Below are positions 17,676 through 29,435 of a stretch of 64,000 nucleotides of DNA, piece after piece. Each line of letters opens with the position of its first letter. The first letter of the stretch is position 1. The notes beneath the pieces are model-generated. The model was not told where the DNA came from. It saw only the letters and a program-made list of their open reading frames with translations, and searched no databases. Both the position numbers and the translations under genes were made by a program. The stretch lies in NCBI GenBank assembly GCA_030647115.1, contig JAUSJZ010000010.1:4540-68539 (forward strand), in the 5' to 3' direction. The stretch is from a bacterium (GTDB lineage: Bacteria; Patescibacteriota; UBA1384; CAILIB01; JAUSJZ01).

Positions 17676-18735
17676 ACGCCTGCGAGTCGCCCTCGTTAAG
17701 GACTGGCTAACTAGCTACGGTGGATCTGAAGAACAGTTGTGGCAGCTACACTTGCTCTACCCCGATGCTCCTATTTACACCTCTGTCTACGACGAGCAAC
17801 GGTTGCCGCAGTTTAAAAAAGCCACTATTAAAGAGATGTCCCTTTCGGGCTGGTTTAGAAAGGGCAGACGTTTCGAAAAATTGGCACTTATCTTACCCCT
17901 ATATTTTTCCACATTGCACCTGTCAGATTATGACCTGGTGATTTCGATCACATCGGGTTTTGCTAAAGCCGTGACAACCAACTCCCAAACCGTTCACCTG
18001 TGTATCTGTAACACTCCCATTCGGTTCGCGTGGGGTTTTGGTACCGATAAGAGGGGACTATTGGGTAGCATTCTGGCGCCCCTGTTCCGCTGGTTTGATA
18101 AACGGTCTGCTCAAAAAGTTGATTACTTTCTGGCCAATTCAGTCAATGTCGCCCGCCGCATCAAACAGGTCTACCAGCGCGATAGTGAGGTGCTGTACCC
18201 GCCGGTTCACGTCGAGAATTTTATTGATCTCAAACGCAGCCGCCAACCCGAAGGGCTGATAACGATTGGCCGTTTAGTTTATTACAAAAGAATAGATCTC
18301 ATTATTGCCGCCTGTAATCAACTACAACTACCGTTGACCGTTATTGGCACCGGCCCCGAAGAGAGTCGCTTACAAAAGCTGGCCGGACCGACAGTCAAGT
18401 TATTAGGTTTTTGTGACACCGCGAAAATTAAACAAGAACTGACTAAAGCCAAAGCCTTCGTCTTTGCCGCCGAAGAAGATTTTGGTATCGCACCGGTAGA
18501 AGCGATGGCAGCCGGGTGTCCGGTGATCGCCCTTAAAAAGGGAGGCTCGCTCGAGACGGTTACTAGTAAGACCGGCACTTTTTTTAACGAACAGACGGTA
18601 GACAGTCTGGTAGAGGCGATACAGCACCTGCCAGCAGACTGGGATATTGTCTCAATGAGAAAACAGGCCAATAAGTTTTCAGTGGAAAAATTTATTACCG
18701 GTGTTACCTCCTTTATTGATCGTTTTACACGATAA
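17665..18735 (+). CDS. glycosyltransferase family 4 (GT-B fold)
   Basis: 356 aa with a GTG start. The N-terminus is VALVKDWLTSYGGSE. The C-terminal GT1/GT4 EX7E-type region is FAAEEDFGIAPVEAMAAGCPVIA. Confidence 0.8.
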   Translation: MPTKRLRVALVKDWLTSYGGSEEQLWQLHLLYPDAPIYTSVYDEQRLPQFKKATIKEMSLSGWFRKGRRFEKLALILPLYFSTLHLSDYDLVISITSGFAKAVTTNSQTVHLCICNTPIRFAWGFGTDKRGLLGSILAPLFRWFDKRSAQKVDYFLANSVNVARRIKQVYQRDSEVLYPPVHVENFIDLKRSRQPEGLITIGRLVYYKRIDLIIAACNQLQLPLTVIGTGPEESRLQKLAGPTVKLLGFCDTAKIKQELTKAKAFVFAAEEDFGIAPVEAMAAGCPVIALKKGGSLETVTSKTGTFFNEQTVDSLVEAIQHLPADWDIVSMRKQANKFSVEKFITGVTSFIDRFTR

Positions 18736-18761
18736 TTTATGACTGTGGCATAATAGAGGCA

Positions 18762-20285
18762 ATGAGAGAGAGGGCAAAGTTGTTTGCGTTGGTGTTGGTC
18801 ACACTGACCTTATTGTTGATGGCTCCAAAATGTCTGGCGTGGAGTGAAAGTAATAATTTCATTCTAGATGATGCCAGCATCGCCCCTAATTTTACCGGAG
18901 ATTCTGGTAACCAATCGATAACGGCCACGGTCAGCCCCTTACAAAATTCACAGAGTGCCAGCAATACTCTAAACGAAGCCGGAGTAACCATTAAGGCGGT
19001 CCTACCGACTCCTTTGGCACCGTCACTACAAGCAGTTGATGGTGTCACGAAAGTTCTTAACGTTAAAATTTCACTGGGTGATAACGATCGAGCCAGTCGG
19101 GTACAGCTAAGATTAGTCTCCACCGACGGTACTTATACGGGTTACTTCATACCAAACAGTCAGGCTGTCAGTGTTAGTGATAGCTGGGTAGGGTATAACA
19201 GCTGGGGTGAAGAGTGGCGTCAGCTAAAGGAACTAGACGTTAACAAACAATATCGAGCTCAAGTCAGGGTTAAGACCGATGATTTCAGTGTCTCTGAATT
19301 TAGCGCTTTCAGTGAGGTAGTTACTCCAAACGGTATTTTGACCGCAGAGACCGGCACTCCCACCAGCAGTGTTCTGCCTAAATCATGGCAAACGAGTCGG
19401 GCTAAAAGTCTCTTGACAGCCATCGCGACGGCCCTACTACCCTTAACCGCTGCTGCCCTAATAATTCAGGCGGGAGCGGCTATCTCTATTATTGGTGAAT
19501 TACTACTAAACCTACTGGGGCGTCTTCTGGCCTCACTGCTATCGCTAGCACAATTGGTTGCCCTTGCCGGTCGAAAAAAAATCTTTGGCCAGATAATGGA
19601 CAGTAAAACCAAAAAACCGGTGCCTGGAGCACAGGTCTCTTTATTACGCCCCGATACCAGGCGAGTCCTTGACATGCAAACGACCGACCAATACGGGCGA
19701 TACTATTTTATTGCCAACAATAAACAACCGTATCTGCTGACCATTAATAAAGAAGGCTTTGATTATTGGGAGCAGGTGCTGCACTACAAGATTAACCGTC
19801 GTATCTATCTGGGTGAAAGTCTAGAGAACGACGTACCGCTACTGAAAGATAAATTTAAAAAAACGAAGTTGATGAGGGGCCTAGAGACTATCAGGGTTCC
19901 ACTACTGTTAATCGGCTCCATCTCGTGGTTGGGTGTATTTATCCAACAACAGTCTGTTCTGACCTGGGGTCTGGGAGTTTATTACGTACTGGCTTGGGTG
20001 TTAGAAATATACATCAGAATACAACCGCGACCTTTTGGGTTAGTCGTGGCTGCCACGACCAATGAGCCTCTGTCTTTAGTGGTAGTGCGCATTTACAACA
20101 ATGTTCATAAGTTGATTGAGACGGTCATCGGTGATGAACAGGGTCGCTTTAAGACCCTACTGCAGCCCGGCCGGTACAACTTTACGTTTGCTAAACAAGG
20201 TTATAAACCGAATGAATTGAACGGAATTATCATTGACCGGCATCTGGCAAGCTTGAAAGTGGATGTCACCATGTATCGTGTATAA
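18762..20285 (+). CDS. signal-peptide/polytopic membrane protein with two carboxypeptidase-regulatory-like (CarboxypepD_reg) beta-sandwich domains
   Basis: 507 aa. Signal peptide is MRERAKLFALVLVTLTLLLMAPKCLAWS. A ~200-aa extracytoplasmic region precedes hydrophobic blocks. Two segments (GQIMDSKTKKPVPGAQVSLL..DQYGRYYF and VVAATTNEPLSLVVVRIY..DEQGRFK..GRYNFTFAKQGYK) resemble carboxypeptidase regulatory-like domains. Confidence 0.55.
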   Translation: MRERAKLFALVLVTLTLLLMAPKCLAWSESNNFILDDASIAPNFTGDSGNQSITATVSPLQNSQSASNTLNEAGVTIKAVLPTPLAPSLQAVDGVTKVLNVKISLGDNDRASRVQLRLVSTDGTYTGYFIPNSQAVSVSDSWVGYNSWGEEWRQLKELDVNKQYRAQVRVKTDDFSVSEFSAFSEVVTPNGILTAETGTPTSSVLPKSWQTSRAKSLLTAIATALLPLTAAALIIQAGAAISIIGELLLNLLGRLLASLLSLAQLVALAGRKKIFGQIMDSKTKKPVPGAQVSLLRPDTRRVLDMQTTDQYGRYYFIANNKQPYLLTINKEGFDYWEQVLHYKINRRIYLGESLENDVPLLKDKFKKTKLMRGLETIRVPLLLIGSISWLGVFIQQQSVLTWGLGVYYVLAWVLEIYIRIQPRPFGLVVAATTNEPLSLVVVRIYNNVHKLIETVIGDEQGRFKTLLQPGRYNFTFAKQGYKPNELNGIIIDRHLASLKVDVTMYRV

Positions 20286-20295
20286 TTAAGTTATC

Positions 20296-23200
20296 TTGAA
20301 GGGGCAAAGTCGACTAACATCACATTTGCGCCGTTTCTTGACCATATTTTTAGGTGTGGTGGTTTTGATGTTGTCGTCACAAACAACGTCTAGGGCAGCG
20401 ACGATCAACCAATTTACTTTTCAGGCGCGTATCTTGAGTAAAGACCGCACCAGTACTCCTACTGGCAATTACAACTTCCGTTTTAGCATCTTTAACGTCG
20501 AAACGGGTGGTTCACAGTTATGGCAGGAAACTACCAATGGGGTCACGGTCAATTACGGTAAGTTTACGGTCATTCTGGGAAATTCCACCAGCCTCAATTC
20601 AGTTAACTTTAATAGTGAGGCCCTATACCTGCTGGTGGAGTTTGATTCCGATAATAACGGCAGTTTTGACCAGTCATTTGATAATCGACTGGCTTTGACG
20701 GCCGTACCGGTGGCCCAGAACGCAAAAAAGCTTGGTGGTAAGAGTGGGTCTCAATTTGCCACTTTGACCGAGAACGAGACTGTCAGTGGCAGTTATCTAT
20801 TTGAAAACAACCTTACCGTACAGGGCACTACCGTTTTGGCGGCCAGTCTTAACGGTATGGTTAAAGCCTCATCTGGCACTATTCAAAATGCTATTGCCGG
20901 AGCCGACTATCAGGCACCAATTAGCTGGGGCGATGGCTTAACGGTAGATAATAACACCGCCGCTTTAGATTATAACTCCACCAACCTTAGAATAACCTCC
21001 GAGAAAATAAATACCATTCAAGATATTGCAACGGGTGCCACACCCCAATTTGCTCGAATAGGAGTTGGCCAGGCGGCCAATAACAGTCTGATCTCTCTAC
21101 CGGCGTCCACCGGAGCCACTGGTGGGTTTGACTTGGGGGGTGATGTTAACCTCTATCGTTCGGCCAGTAATACCCTCAAGACCGATGACAGTTTGGTGAT
21201 AGGCGGCACCTCGGCTGACTTATTGGCCCAAGGAGATTTACGACTCTACGATACCGACTCCTCAAACTACGTCGCTTTACAGTCTCCAACGTCCGTGTCA
21301 TCTAACATCGTCTGGACCTTACCGGGCACCGACAGTAGCGGTTGTCTCTCTAGTAATGGTTCCGGTACTATCTCCATCGCCGCTTGTTTGAGTGCTGCAG
21401 CTCCAACTGATGCTCAATATCTAACCCTGGCCGCAAATGGTACCCTGTCAGCCGAACGGATACTGCTAGGTACCAGCAATCAAATTATTTTGGCCGATAC
21501 CGGAGCCAACGGTAATCTAACGCTGTCACTGCCCCAAGACATTGCCACCAGTTCGGCCGTACAGTTTGGTTCGCTGGGGTTGGGTACGGCGGCCGGTTCG
21601 GCTAAATTAACTTTCACTGCCGCGACCACCGCCGCCGGAGGCATTGATTTTGGAACAGACGTTACGCTCTATCGCTCGGCCGCCAATCGACTCAAAACCG
21701 ATGACGTCTTAATAGTAGATACCGGAGCCAGTGTAACCGACATTACCAGTTTTGACGCAGGCACCGTAATGGTAGTGGCCAGTACCGGTCATTCTACTAT
21801 CTCGACCTATTCGACCAGAAACACTGACGGTAGCGCTATCGGTGGGATGCGGTTTTATGGCAATAATGATGCGGCCTCACCGTCAGTAATCCAGTACGGT
21901 ATCGTTAGCGGTTCAATAGTTGATAGTGCCGCTGGCGACGAGACCGGTAAGGTATCCATTTACACTAGAAATGATACGGCAAGCAGCAACGATTGGGGTC
22001 GCGTTGATTTTGATGAAAACGGAAAAATCTGGTTAGGGGCGGTCAGCGCTTCTGGTACTGGCACCAATGATGTTAATCTCTATCGTTCGACTACCGATAC
22101 CTTAAAGACTGATGATGCTTTCATCGCTGCCAACATCACTTCAGGCGGGTTGACATCGGGTCGTGTTACCTACGCCGGAGCCTCTGGTCTATTACAAGAC
22201 TCGGCCAGTATGACTTTCGACACCACTAACGGTCTGATTCTAGCGGCCGGTTCAGCCTCAGCACTAAAGCTATCTTCAACGGCCGGTACCGCTGTCGGTG
22301 GTTTACTCTTGGGTACCGATACCACTCTCTATCGCTCGACCACGGATACTTTAAAGACTGATGATAGTCTAATTGTCGCCGGTGCCTCACTAGATTTATT
22401 AACCCAGGGTGATGTGCGGCTCTATGACAGTGATTCTTCTAATTACGTCGCCTTCCAGAGCCCGGCCACAGTCGGTACTAATATCATCTGGACTTTGCCA
22501 AGTACCGACAGTTCGGGTTGTCTATCGAGTAATGGCTCGGCGACGCTCTCTTGGGCAGCCTGTAGTGGTTCGGGGAGTCTCGACGATGCCTATAATAATG
22601 GAAGTACAATTACCGTCGATGCTGGGGCAATTGTCTTGAACGACTCCGGCACCACTACAACCTTGTTCGATATTAATCAGTCGGGGGCGATTACCGGTAC
22701 GGCACCACTTATCGATGTCGATTACTCAACCTCAATCAACAACGCCGCTGACTACGCGAGTCTAAGCCTAACCGGAGTCACCAATGCCGGCGCCGGGTTC
22801 TCAATTGGTATTGATCTGGCTGGTTTTGATTACGGTATTCAATCGGCTCTGCCGTACGTATTATCTTCCTCTAAAGCAGCTGATAGCATCGACTTTCTCT
22901 CTAAGAAACCCGACAGTTCGGGTGGTACCCAGTTTCTCTTCGACACCAGTGCCACGGTTGCTACCGCTTCGTTATTCGCGGTGAAGAATAACGGTACCGG
23001 CAGTATCTTTGTCATTAATGGCAATGGTAGAGTAGGTATTGGCACTGAAGTAGCCGGGGATAAATTGGATGTTCAGGGGGGTAATATTCGTAACAGTGCC
23101 TTAGCCGGGGTGGGTAACCGGGCCGTTTATTCTGATGCCAATGGGGTACTAACCAACAGCGCCTCCGATCAAAATATAAAAACCAATATCGTATCGTTGG

Positions 23201-23913
23201 CTTCCAGTATGAGCGCCCTCGATACGATCTCTCAATTAAGGGGAGTCTATTACAATTGGCTCGATACTGATAGATTGGGTAGCCAACGCGAGATCGGCTT
23301 TGTTGCTCAAGAGGTTCAACCGTATCTACCGGAATTAATTGGATCTAATCATGACGGCACCTTGTCGCTCGATTATCCCAAACTAACGGCCGTCTTGACC
23401 GAAGCCGTAAAACAGCTTAATACCGAAGTCAAAGCTCTTCAGGGTACCACTATGACAGCAGAGGAGATTATCAGTCCGACCAGTAAAGATTTAATCTTGA
23501 GACCAAGTACGGGTAAGATACTCGCCCAGGGCTCCATTGATGTGGCGGGCACTTTAGTGGTGAGCGGGGCGACAACCCTCGCTGATACCCTGACGAAAGA
23601 TCTGGCGGTAGCCGGTACTTTTATGGTCAAGGGTAGCGGTACTGCCGACTACGAATTAGACGGTTCTGAAGACGATACCAATTTGATTGGCGGTACTGAA
23701 AAAGCTGCCATTGCCAACGGCCAGACTGAGACTAACATCAGTATTCCATCACAGGGCACCAATAATTATTCGGTTATTGCCACCTGGCTGAACGACCCCG
23801 GGCAATCATTCTGGACAACCGTAACCGACTCGGAGCATTTCAAGGTCAGGGTGAGTAACCCGGTCGCCGCCGATTCTACCTTCCGTTATCTACTAATCAA
23901 TAACGAACAGTAG
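20296..23913 (+). CDS. secreted tail-fibre-like repeat protein with C-terminal Peptidase S74 intramolecular-chaperone (auto-cleaving) domain
   Basis: 1205 aa with a TTG start. The signal peptide is (MKGQSRLTSHLRRFLTIFLGVVVLMLSSQTTSRA). LYRS..L.TDD modules recur. The fibre motif is GRVGIGTEVAGDKLDVQGG. The C-terminal domain is SASDQNIKTNI..LRGVYYNWLD..EIGFVAQEVQPYLPELI..LSLDYPKLTAVLTEAVKQL. Confidence 0.7.
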   Translation: MKGQSRLTSHLRRFLTIFLGVVVLMLSSQTTSRAATINQFTFQARILSKDRTSTPTGNYNFRFSIFNVETGGSQLWQETTNGVTVNYGKFTVILGNSTSLNSVNFNSEALYLLVEFDSDNNGSFDQSFDNRLALTAVPVAQNAKKLGGKSGSQFATLTENETVSGSYLFENNLTVQGTTVLAASLNGMVKASSGTIQNAIAGADYQAPISWGDGLTVDNNTAALDYNSTNLRITSEKINTIQDIATGATPQFARIGVGQAANNSLISLPASTGATGGFDLGGDVNLYRSASNTLKTDDSLVIGGTSADLLAQGDLRLYDTDSSNYVALQSPTSVSSNIVWTLPGTDSSGCLSSNGSGTISIAACLSAAAPTDAQYLTLAANGTLSAERILLGTSNQIILADTGANGNLTLSLPQDIATSSAVQFGSLGLGTAAGSAKLTFTAATTAAGGIDFGTDVTLYRSAANRLKTDDVLIVDTGASVTDITSFDAGTVMVVASTGHSTISTYSTRNTDGSAIGGMRFYGNNDAASPSVIQYGIVSGSIVDSAAGDETGKVSIYTRNDTASSNDWGRVDFDENGKIWLGAVSASGTGTNDVNLYRSTTDTLKTDDAFIAANITSGGLTSGRVTYAGASGLLQDSASMTFDTTNGLILAAGSASALKLSSTAGTAVGGLLLGTDTTLYRSTTDTLKTDDSLIVAGASLDLLTQGDVRLYDSDSSNYVAFQSPATVGTNIIWTLPSTDSSGCLSSNGSATLSWAACSGSGSLDDAYNNGSTITVDAGAIVLNDSGTTTTLFDINQSGAITGTAPLIDVDYSTSINNAADYASLSLTGVTNAGAGFSIGIDLAGFDYGIQSALPYVLSSSKAADSIDFLSKKPDSSGGTQFLFDTSATVATASLFAVKNNGTGSIFVINGNGRVGIGTEVAGDKLDVQGGNIRNSALAGVGNRAVYSDANGVLTNSASDQNIKTNIVSLASSMSALDTISQLRGVYYNWLDTDRLGSQREIGFVAQEVQPYLPELIGSNHDGTLSLDYPKLTAVLTEAVKQLNTEVKALQGTTMTAEEIISPTSKDLILRPSTGKILAQGSIDVAGTLVVSGATTLADTLTKDLAVAGTFMVKGSGTADYELDGSEDDTNLIGGTEKAAIANGQTETNISIPSQGTNNYSVIATWLNDPGQSFWTTVTDSEHFKVRVSNPVAADSTFRYLLINNEQ

Positions 23914-23918
23914 CGACC

Positions 23919-23937
23919 ACAGTAGCTAACTGCTACT
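23919..23937 (+). terminator. weak hairpin (CAGTAGC-taact-GCTACTG) between fibre gene and GT2
   Basis: Perfect 7-bp stem immediately after the fibre gene stop. No strong U tract follows, so this may be an attenuator or RNA-stability element. Confidence 0.25.
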
Positions 23938-23945
23938 GTTGAAAC

Positions 23946-24914
23946 GTGGAATATCTAATACCGCACTACGGTTCTTTGAAATTGGTCAAGAAAGCGGTAC
24001 GCAGTATCAGACGCTGTGACGGTAACGCCCGCATTTTAATTGGAGACGATACCAGACTATTGCAGACGTCAGACTTTACGACCAAGGTAAATATTTTTAA
24101 AGGTCCGCAACGTGGATTTGCGGCTAACGTTAATAACCTGTTAAGGAATGCCCAATACGAGTGGGTAGTTATCATCAATAATGACGTTGAACTATTTAGT
24201 GACTGGCGGGTAATTATAGAGAATAATCTTGAAGAACTAGACCCAAAAATATACTGCCTGGCCAGCAGTCTCTACCGACCCGACGGGCGAGTAGATAGTT
24301 TTGGCGATAATTACTCTTGGTATGGTCAAGGCTACAATCGTTTTCATCTACTCTCACCGAAGAATAAGATGTACAATCGAGTGCGAGTGTTGGGAGCAAC
24401 CGGGGCTCTGATGGTTGTCAGACGTAGCGTTCTACTGCGCTATGGTGGTTTTTCGGAGATATTGGGTAGTTACTGCGAGGATACGGCCTTTCATCTCTTA
24501 GCCAATAATGATGGTTGGTGCAGTTATTTCATCCCGGACGCGCGGGCTTTTCACACCGGTTCCGCTACCTTCAACCTCGATCAAAAACTGCAGCTGTCGG
24601 CTCGTAATAGCCTTTTGGTCATCCGGTCGCTATTTAAGGGCAAGTTGAGGCAACATCTGTTAAGAAGGGCTTATCACTACTGGAAGTTAAAGGCTCTGTT
24701 CAGTCGTAAATTTCGATTGCAGATTTTAGAAGGCATTAGAGCCGGTTTGTCAGAAATACCCTATCGAGCAAAACGTAAAATTGATCATTGGCCGGATGGG
24801 TTATATTTTGAGGGTTTTGCCACCTCTACCTGGCGTCTGACAAAGCAGCTATTGGGTAATCGTGTAATCGCTAAGTTGGGGCGTCTATTCACCCTAAACG
24901 ACATTGATAGTTGA
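23946..24914 (+). CDS. glycosyltransferase family 2 (GT-A fold)
   Basis: 322 aa with a GTG start. GT2 N-terminal region (IPHYGS..LVKKAVRSI..ILIGDD ... VVIINNDVEL) with a DXD-type motif. Confidence 0.65.
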   Translation: MEYLIPHYGSLKLVKKAVRSIRRCDGNARILIGDDTRLLQTSDFTTKVNIFKGPQRGFAANVNNLLRNAQYEWVVIINNDVELFSDWRVIIENNLEELDPKIYCLASSLYRPDGRVDSFGDNYSWYGQGYNRFHLLSPKNKMYNRVRVLGATGALMVVRRSVLLRYGGFSEILGSYCEDTAFHLLANNDGWCSYFIPDARAFHTGSATFNLDQKLQLSARNSLLVIRSLFKGKLRQHLLRRAYHYWKLKALFSRKFRLQILEGIRAGLSEIPYRAKRKIDHWPDGLYFEGFATSTWRLTKQLLGNRVIAKLGRLFTLNDIDS

Positions 24915-24943
24915 GTAATTTAGTGCTACTATAAAGAAGTTAG

Positions 24944-26917
<1,974 letters not shown>

Positions 26918-26918
26918 G

Positions 26919-29435
26919 ATGCCAAAAGCTAAAGATAATAAAAAACCGGCCAGTTTTATCGGGCGCGTCGAACAACGCGAGGTTGTCGATGAGATGCGTA
27001 CATCTTATTTAGACTACGCCATGAGCGTCATCGTTGCGCGAGCCTTACCCGATGTTAGGGATGGTTTAAAGCCGGTTCAACGACGCATCTTAGTTACGAC
27101 GCATGACCTAGGTCTGACAGCTAAAGCGAAACACCGCAAATCGGCTAAAATAGCCGGTGACGTTTCCGGTAACTACCATCCACACGGCGAATCCAATGTC
27201 TACCCGGCCATGGTGCGTCTGGCTCAAGATTTCTCTATGCGCTACCGCTTAATTGATGGTCAAGGTAACTTTGGCTCCATCGACGGTGACGAGGCCGCCG
27301 CCATGCGCTACACCGAAGCCCGTATGACTAGCCTGGCTGAACTGATGTTGGCCGACATTGAGAAAGAGACCGTACCCTACGTTGATAACTACGATAATAC
27401 CAGACAAGAACCGAGTGTTTTGCCGGCCGCCCTGCCCCAACTATTACTAAACGGAACTTTGGGTATCGCTGTCGGTATGGCCAGTAATATACCGCCCCAC
27501 AATATCGGTGAGGTCATTGATGGTGTAACCGCCACGATTGACAACCCCAACCTTGAACTGGAAGGACTGATGGAACACATCAAAGGTCCCGATTTTCCCA
27601 CCGGTGCTCATATCTATGGCATTGAAGGCATTAAACAGGCCTACGCTACCGGCCGTGGTCGGGTAGACATTAGAGGCATCGCCGAAATTGAGGAGTTTGA
27701 GGGCAAATCACGCATCGTCATTAGCGAAATTCCATATCAGGTCAATAAGTCAGAGCTGGTATTAAAGGTAGCCGAACTGGTGCGAACCAAAAAACTGGAA
27801 GGTATCTCTGACATCAGAGATGAATCTGACCGAACCGGTTTAAGGGTGGTCATTGAGCTCAAACGGTCAGCCTACCCGAAAAAAGTCTTGAACAGACTAT
27901 ATAGCCTGACCACCCTGCAAACCGCTTTCCATATTAATACGGTGGCTTTGGTGGATGGCATTGAACCGCGTACCCTCTCGCTGAAAGAGATTATCCAACA
28001 TTTTATTAATCACCGGGTCGTCGTAGTCACTAAACGTTCCGAGTATGACCTAGCCCGCGCCCAAGAACGGGCTCATATACTAGAAGGTTTAATCAAAGCC
28101 CTCGATCATATCGATGAGGTGGTAAAGATAATTAGGGCCTCCAAGACGAGAGAAGAGGCGCATAAGAAGCTAGTGGTCAAGTTCGGCTTCTCTAACGAAC
28201 AGACCGTCGCCATTTTAGACATGAGACTGGCCACCCTGGTTGGTTTGGAGCATGACCGGTTGGAAGCAGAGCTCAAAGAGAAGCAGGCCATAATTACTTA
28301 TTTACAGAGTATCTTGGCCGACAAGGTCAAACTGATGGCGGTTATTAAATCGGAATTAGTGGCTATTAAAGAAAAATACGCCGACAAACGCCGGACTAAG
28401 ATCTTCAAACAAGGCCTGGGCTCGTTCACCGCCGAAGACTTAATTCCCAACGAATCGGTTCTGGTTACCCTCACTAAGACTAATTATATTAAGCGCGTAC
28501 CGGTTACCGAGTACAAATCACAGGGCCGGGGTGGCAAAGGGGTGTTGGGCATGTCAACTAAAGAGCAAGATTCCGTTTGGTATACCAAAATTGCCAATAC
28601 TCACGATGATATTCTATTTTTCACCGACCAAGGCCGAATTTTTAAGACTAAAGTATATGAGTTACCGACCGCCAACCGCCAGGCCAAGGGTAACGCCATC
28701 GCTAATGTTATCCAGATTGCACCGGGTGAGACCGTTACGGCCGTCATTGCCGTCGAAAAAAGTATCTGGAGTGAAGAGAACAAATATCTATCGATGGGTA
28801 CCTTGATGGGGACCGTCAAAAAAACGGTGGTCAGCCAATACAAAAACGTCCGCAGTACCGGTATCAAGGCCATCAGTCTCAAAGACGACGACCAACTGCG
28901 CTGGGTTAATATTACTTGCCCCGAAGATTTGGTGATGCAGGTTACCACCAGGGGGCAGGCGATAGTTTACAAAGAAGCCGACGTCAGACCAATGGGCCGC
29001 AGCGCCGCCGGTGTGCGAGGCATCAGATTACGCGAGAATGACGAGGTAGTCTCAACCACCGTTATTCAAAGTGCCGTCAAAGACCAATCGGAGTTGTTAA
29101 TTGTCACCGGTAACGGTTTTGGCAAACGCACCGAGGTTAAACAATTTCCTTTCCAGAAACGGGGCGGAGTCGGTATCAAGGCCGCCAATGTCACCGGCCG
29201 TACCGGGCCGGTTGTCAGTGCTCAAGTCGTAACCGACGAAAAGAGCTCCGTCGTCATTACTTCACAGCGGGGTCAGGTTATTAAAACAATGCTCAAACAG
29301 GTCAAAAAGTTGGGTCGGGTAACCCAGGGTGTAGTAGTGATGCGTCTGAAGAAGGAAGATAAGGTCGCATCGGTTGCCATAATGGCACCGGAGGAATTAA
29401 TTATTGAACAAGAAACCGTTGTTAATAATGGATAA
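26919..29435 (+). CDS. gyrA: DNA gyrase subunit A
   Basis: 838 aa. Catalytic region AAMRYTEARM, GyrA-box QGRGGKG, and C-terminal beta-pinwheel repeats. Confidence 0.97.
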   Translation: MPKAKDNKKPASFIGRVEQREVVDEMRTSYLDYAMSVIVARALPDVRDGLKPVQRRILVTTHDLGLTAKAKHRKSAKIAGDVSGNYHPHGESNVYPAMVRLAQDFSMRYRLIDGQGNFGSIDGDEAAAMRYTEARMTSLAELMLADIEKETVPYVDNYDNTRQEPSVLPAALPQLLLNGTLGIAVGMASNIPPHNIGEVIDGVTATIDNPNLELEGLMEHIKGPDFPTGAHIYGIEGIKQAYATGRGRVDIRGIAEIEEFEGKSRIVISEIPYQVNKSELVLKVAELVRTKKLEGISDIRDESDRTGLRVVIELKRSAYPKKVLNRLYSLTTLQTAFHINTVALVDGIEPRTLSLKEIIQHFINHRVVVVTKRSEYDLARAQERAHILEGLIKALDHIDEVVKIIRASKTREEAHKKLVVKFGFSNEQTVAILDMRLATLVGLEHDRLEAELKEKQAIITYLQSILADKVKLMAVIKSELVAIKEKYADKRRTKIFKQGLGSFTAEDLIPNESVLVTLTKTNYIKRVPVTEYKSQGRGGKGVLGMSTKEQDSVWYTKIANTHDDILFFTDQGRIFKTKVYELPTANRQAKGNAIANVIQIAPGETVTAVIAVEKSIWSEENKYLSMGTLMGTVKKTVVSQYKNVRSTGIKAISLKDDDQLRWVNITCPEDLVMQVTTRGQAIVYKEADVRPMGRSAAGVRGIRLRENDEVVSTTVIQSAVKDQSELLIVTGNGFGKRTEVKQFPFQKRGGVGIKAANVTGRTGPVVSAQVVTDEKSSVVITSQRGQVIKTMLKQVKKLGRVTQGVVVMRLKKEDKVASVAIMAPEELIIEQETVVNNG

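Noticed and set aside
18737-19123. 128-aa minus-strand ORF
   Set aside because: Fully antisense to the 18762-20285 signal-peptide protein. No motif support.
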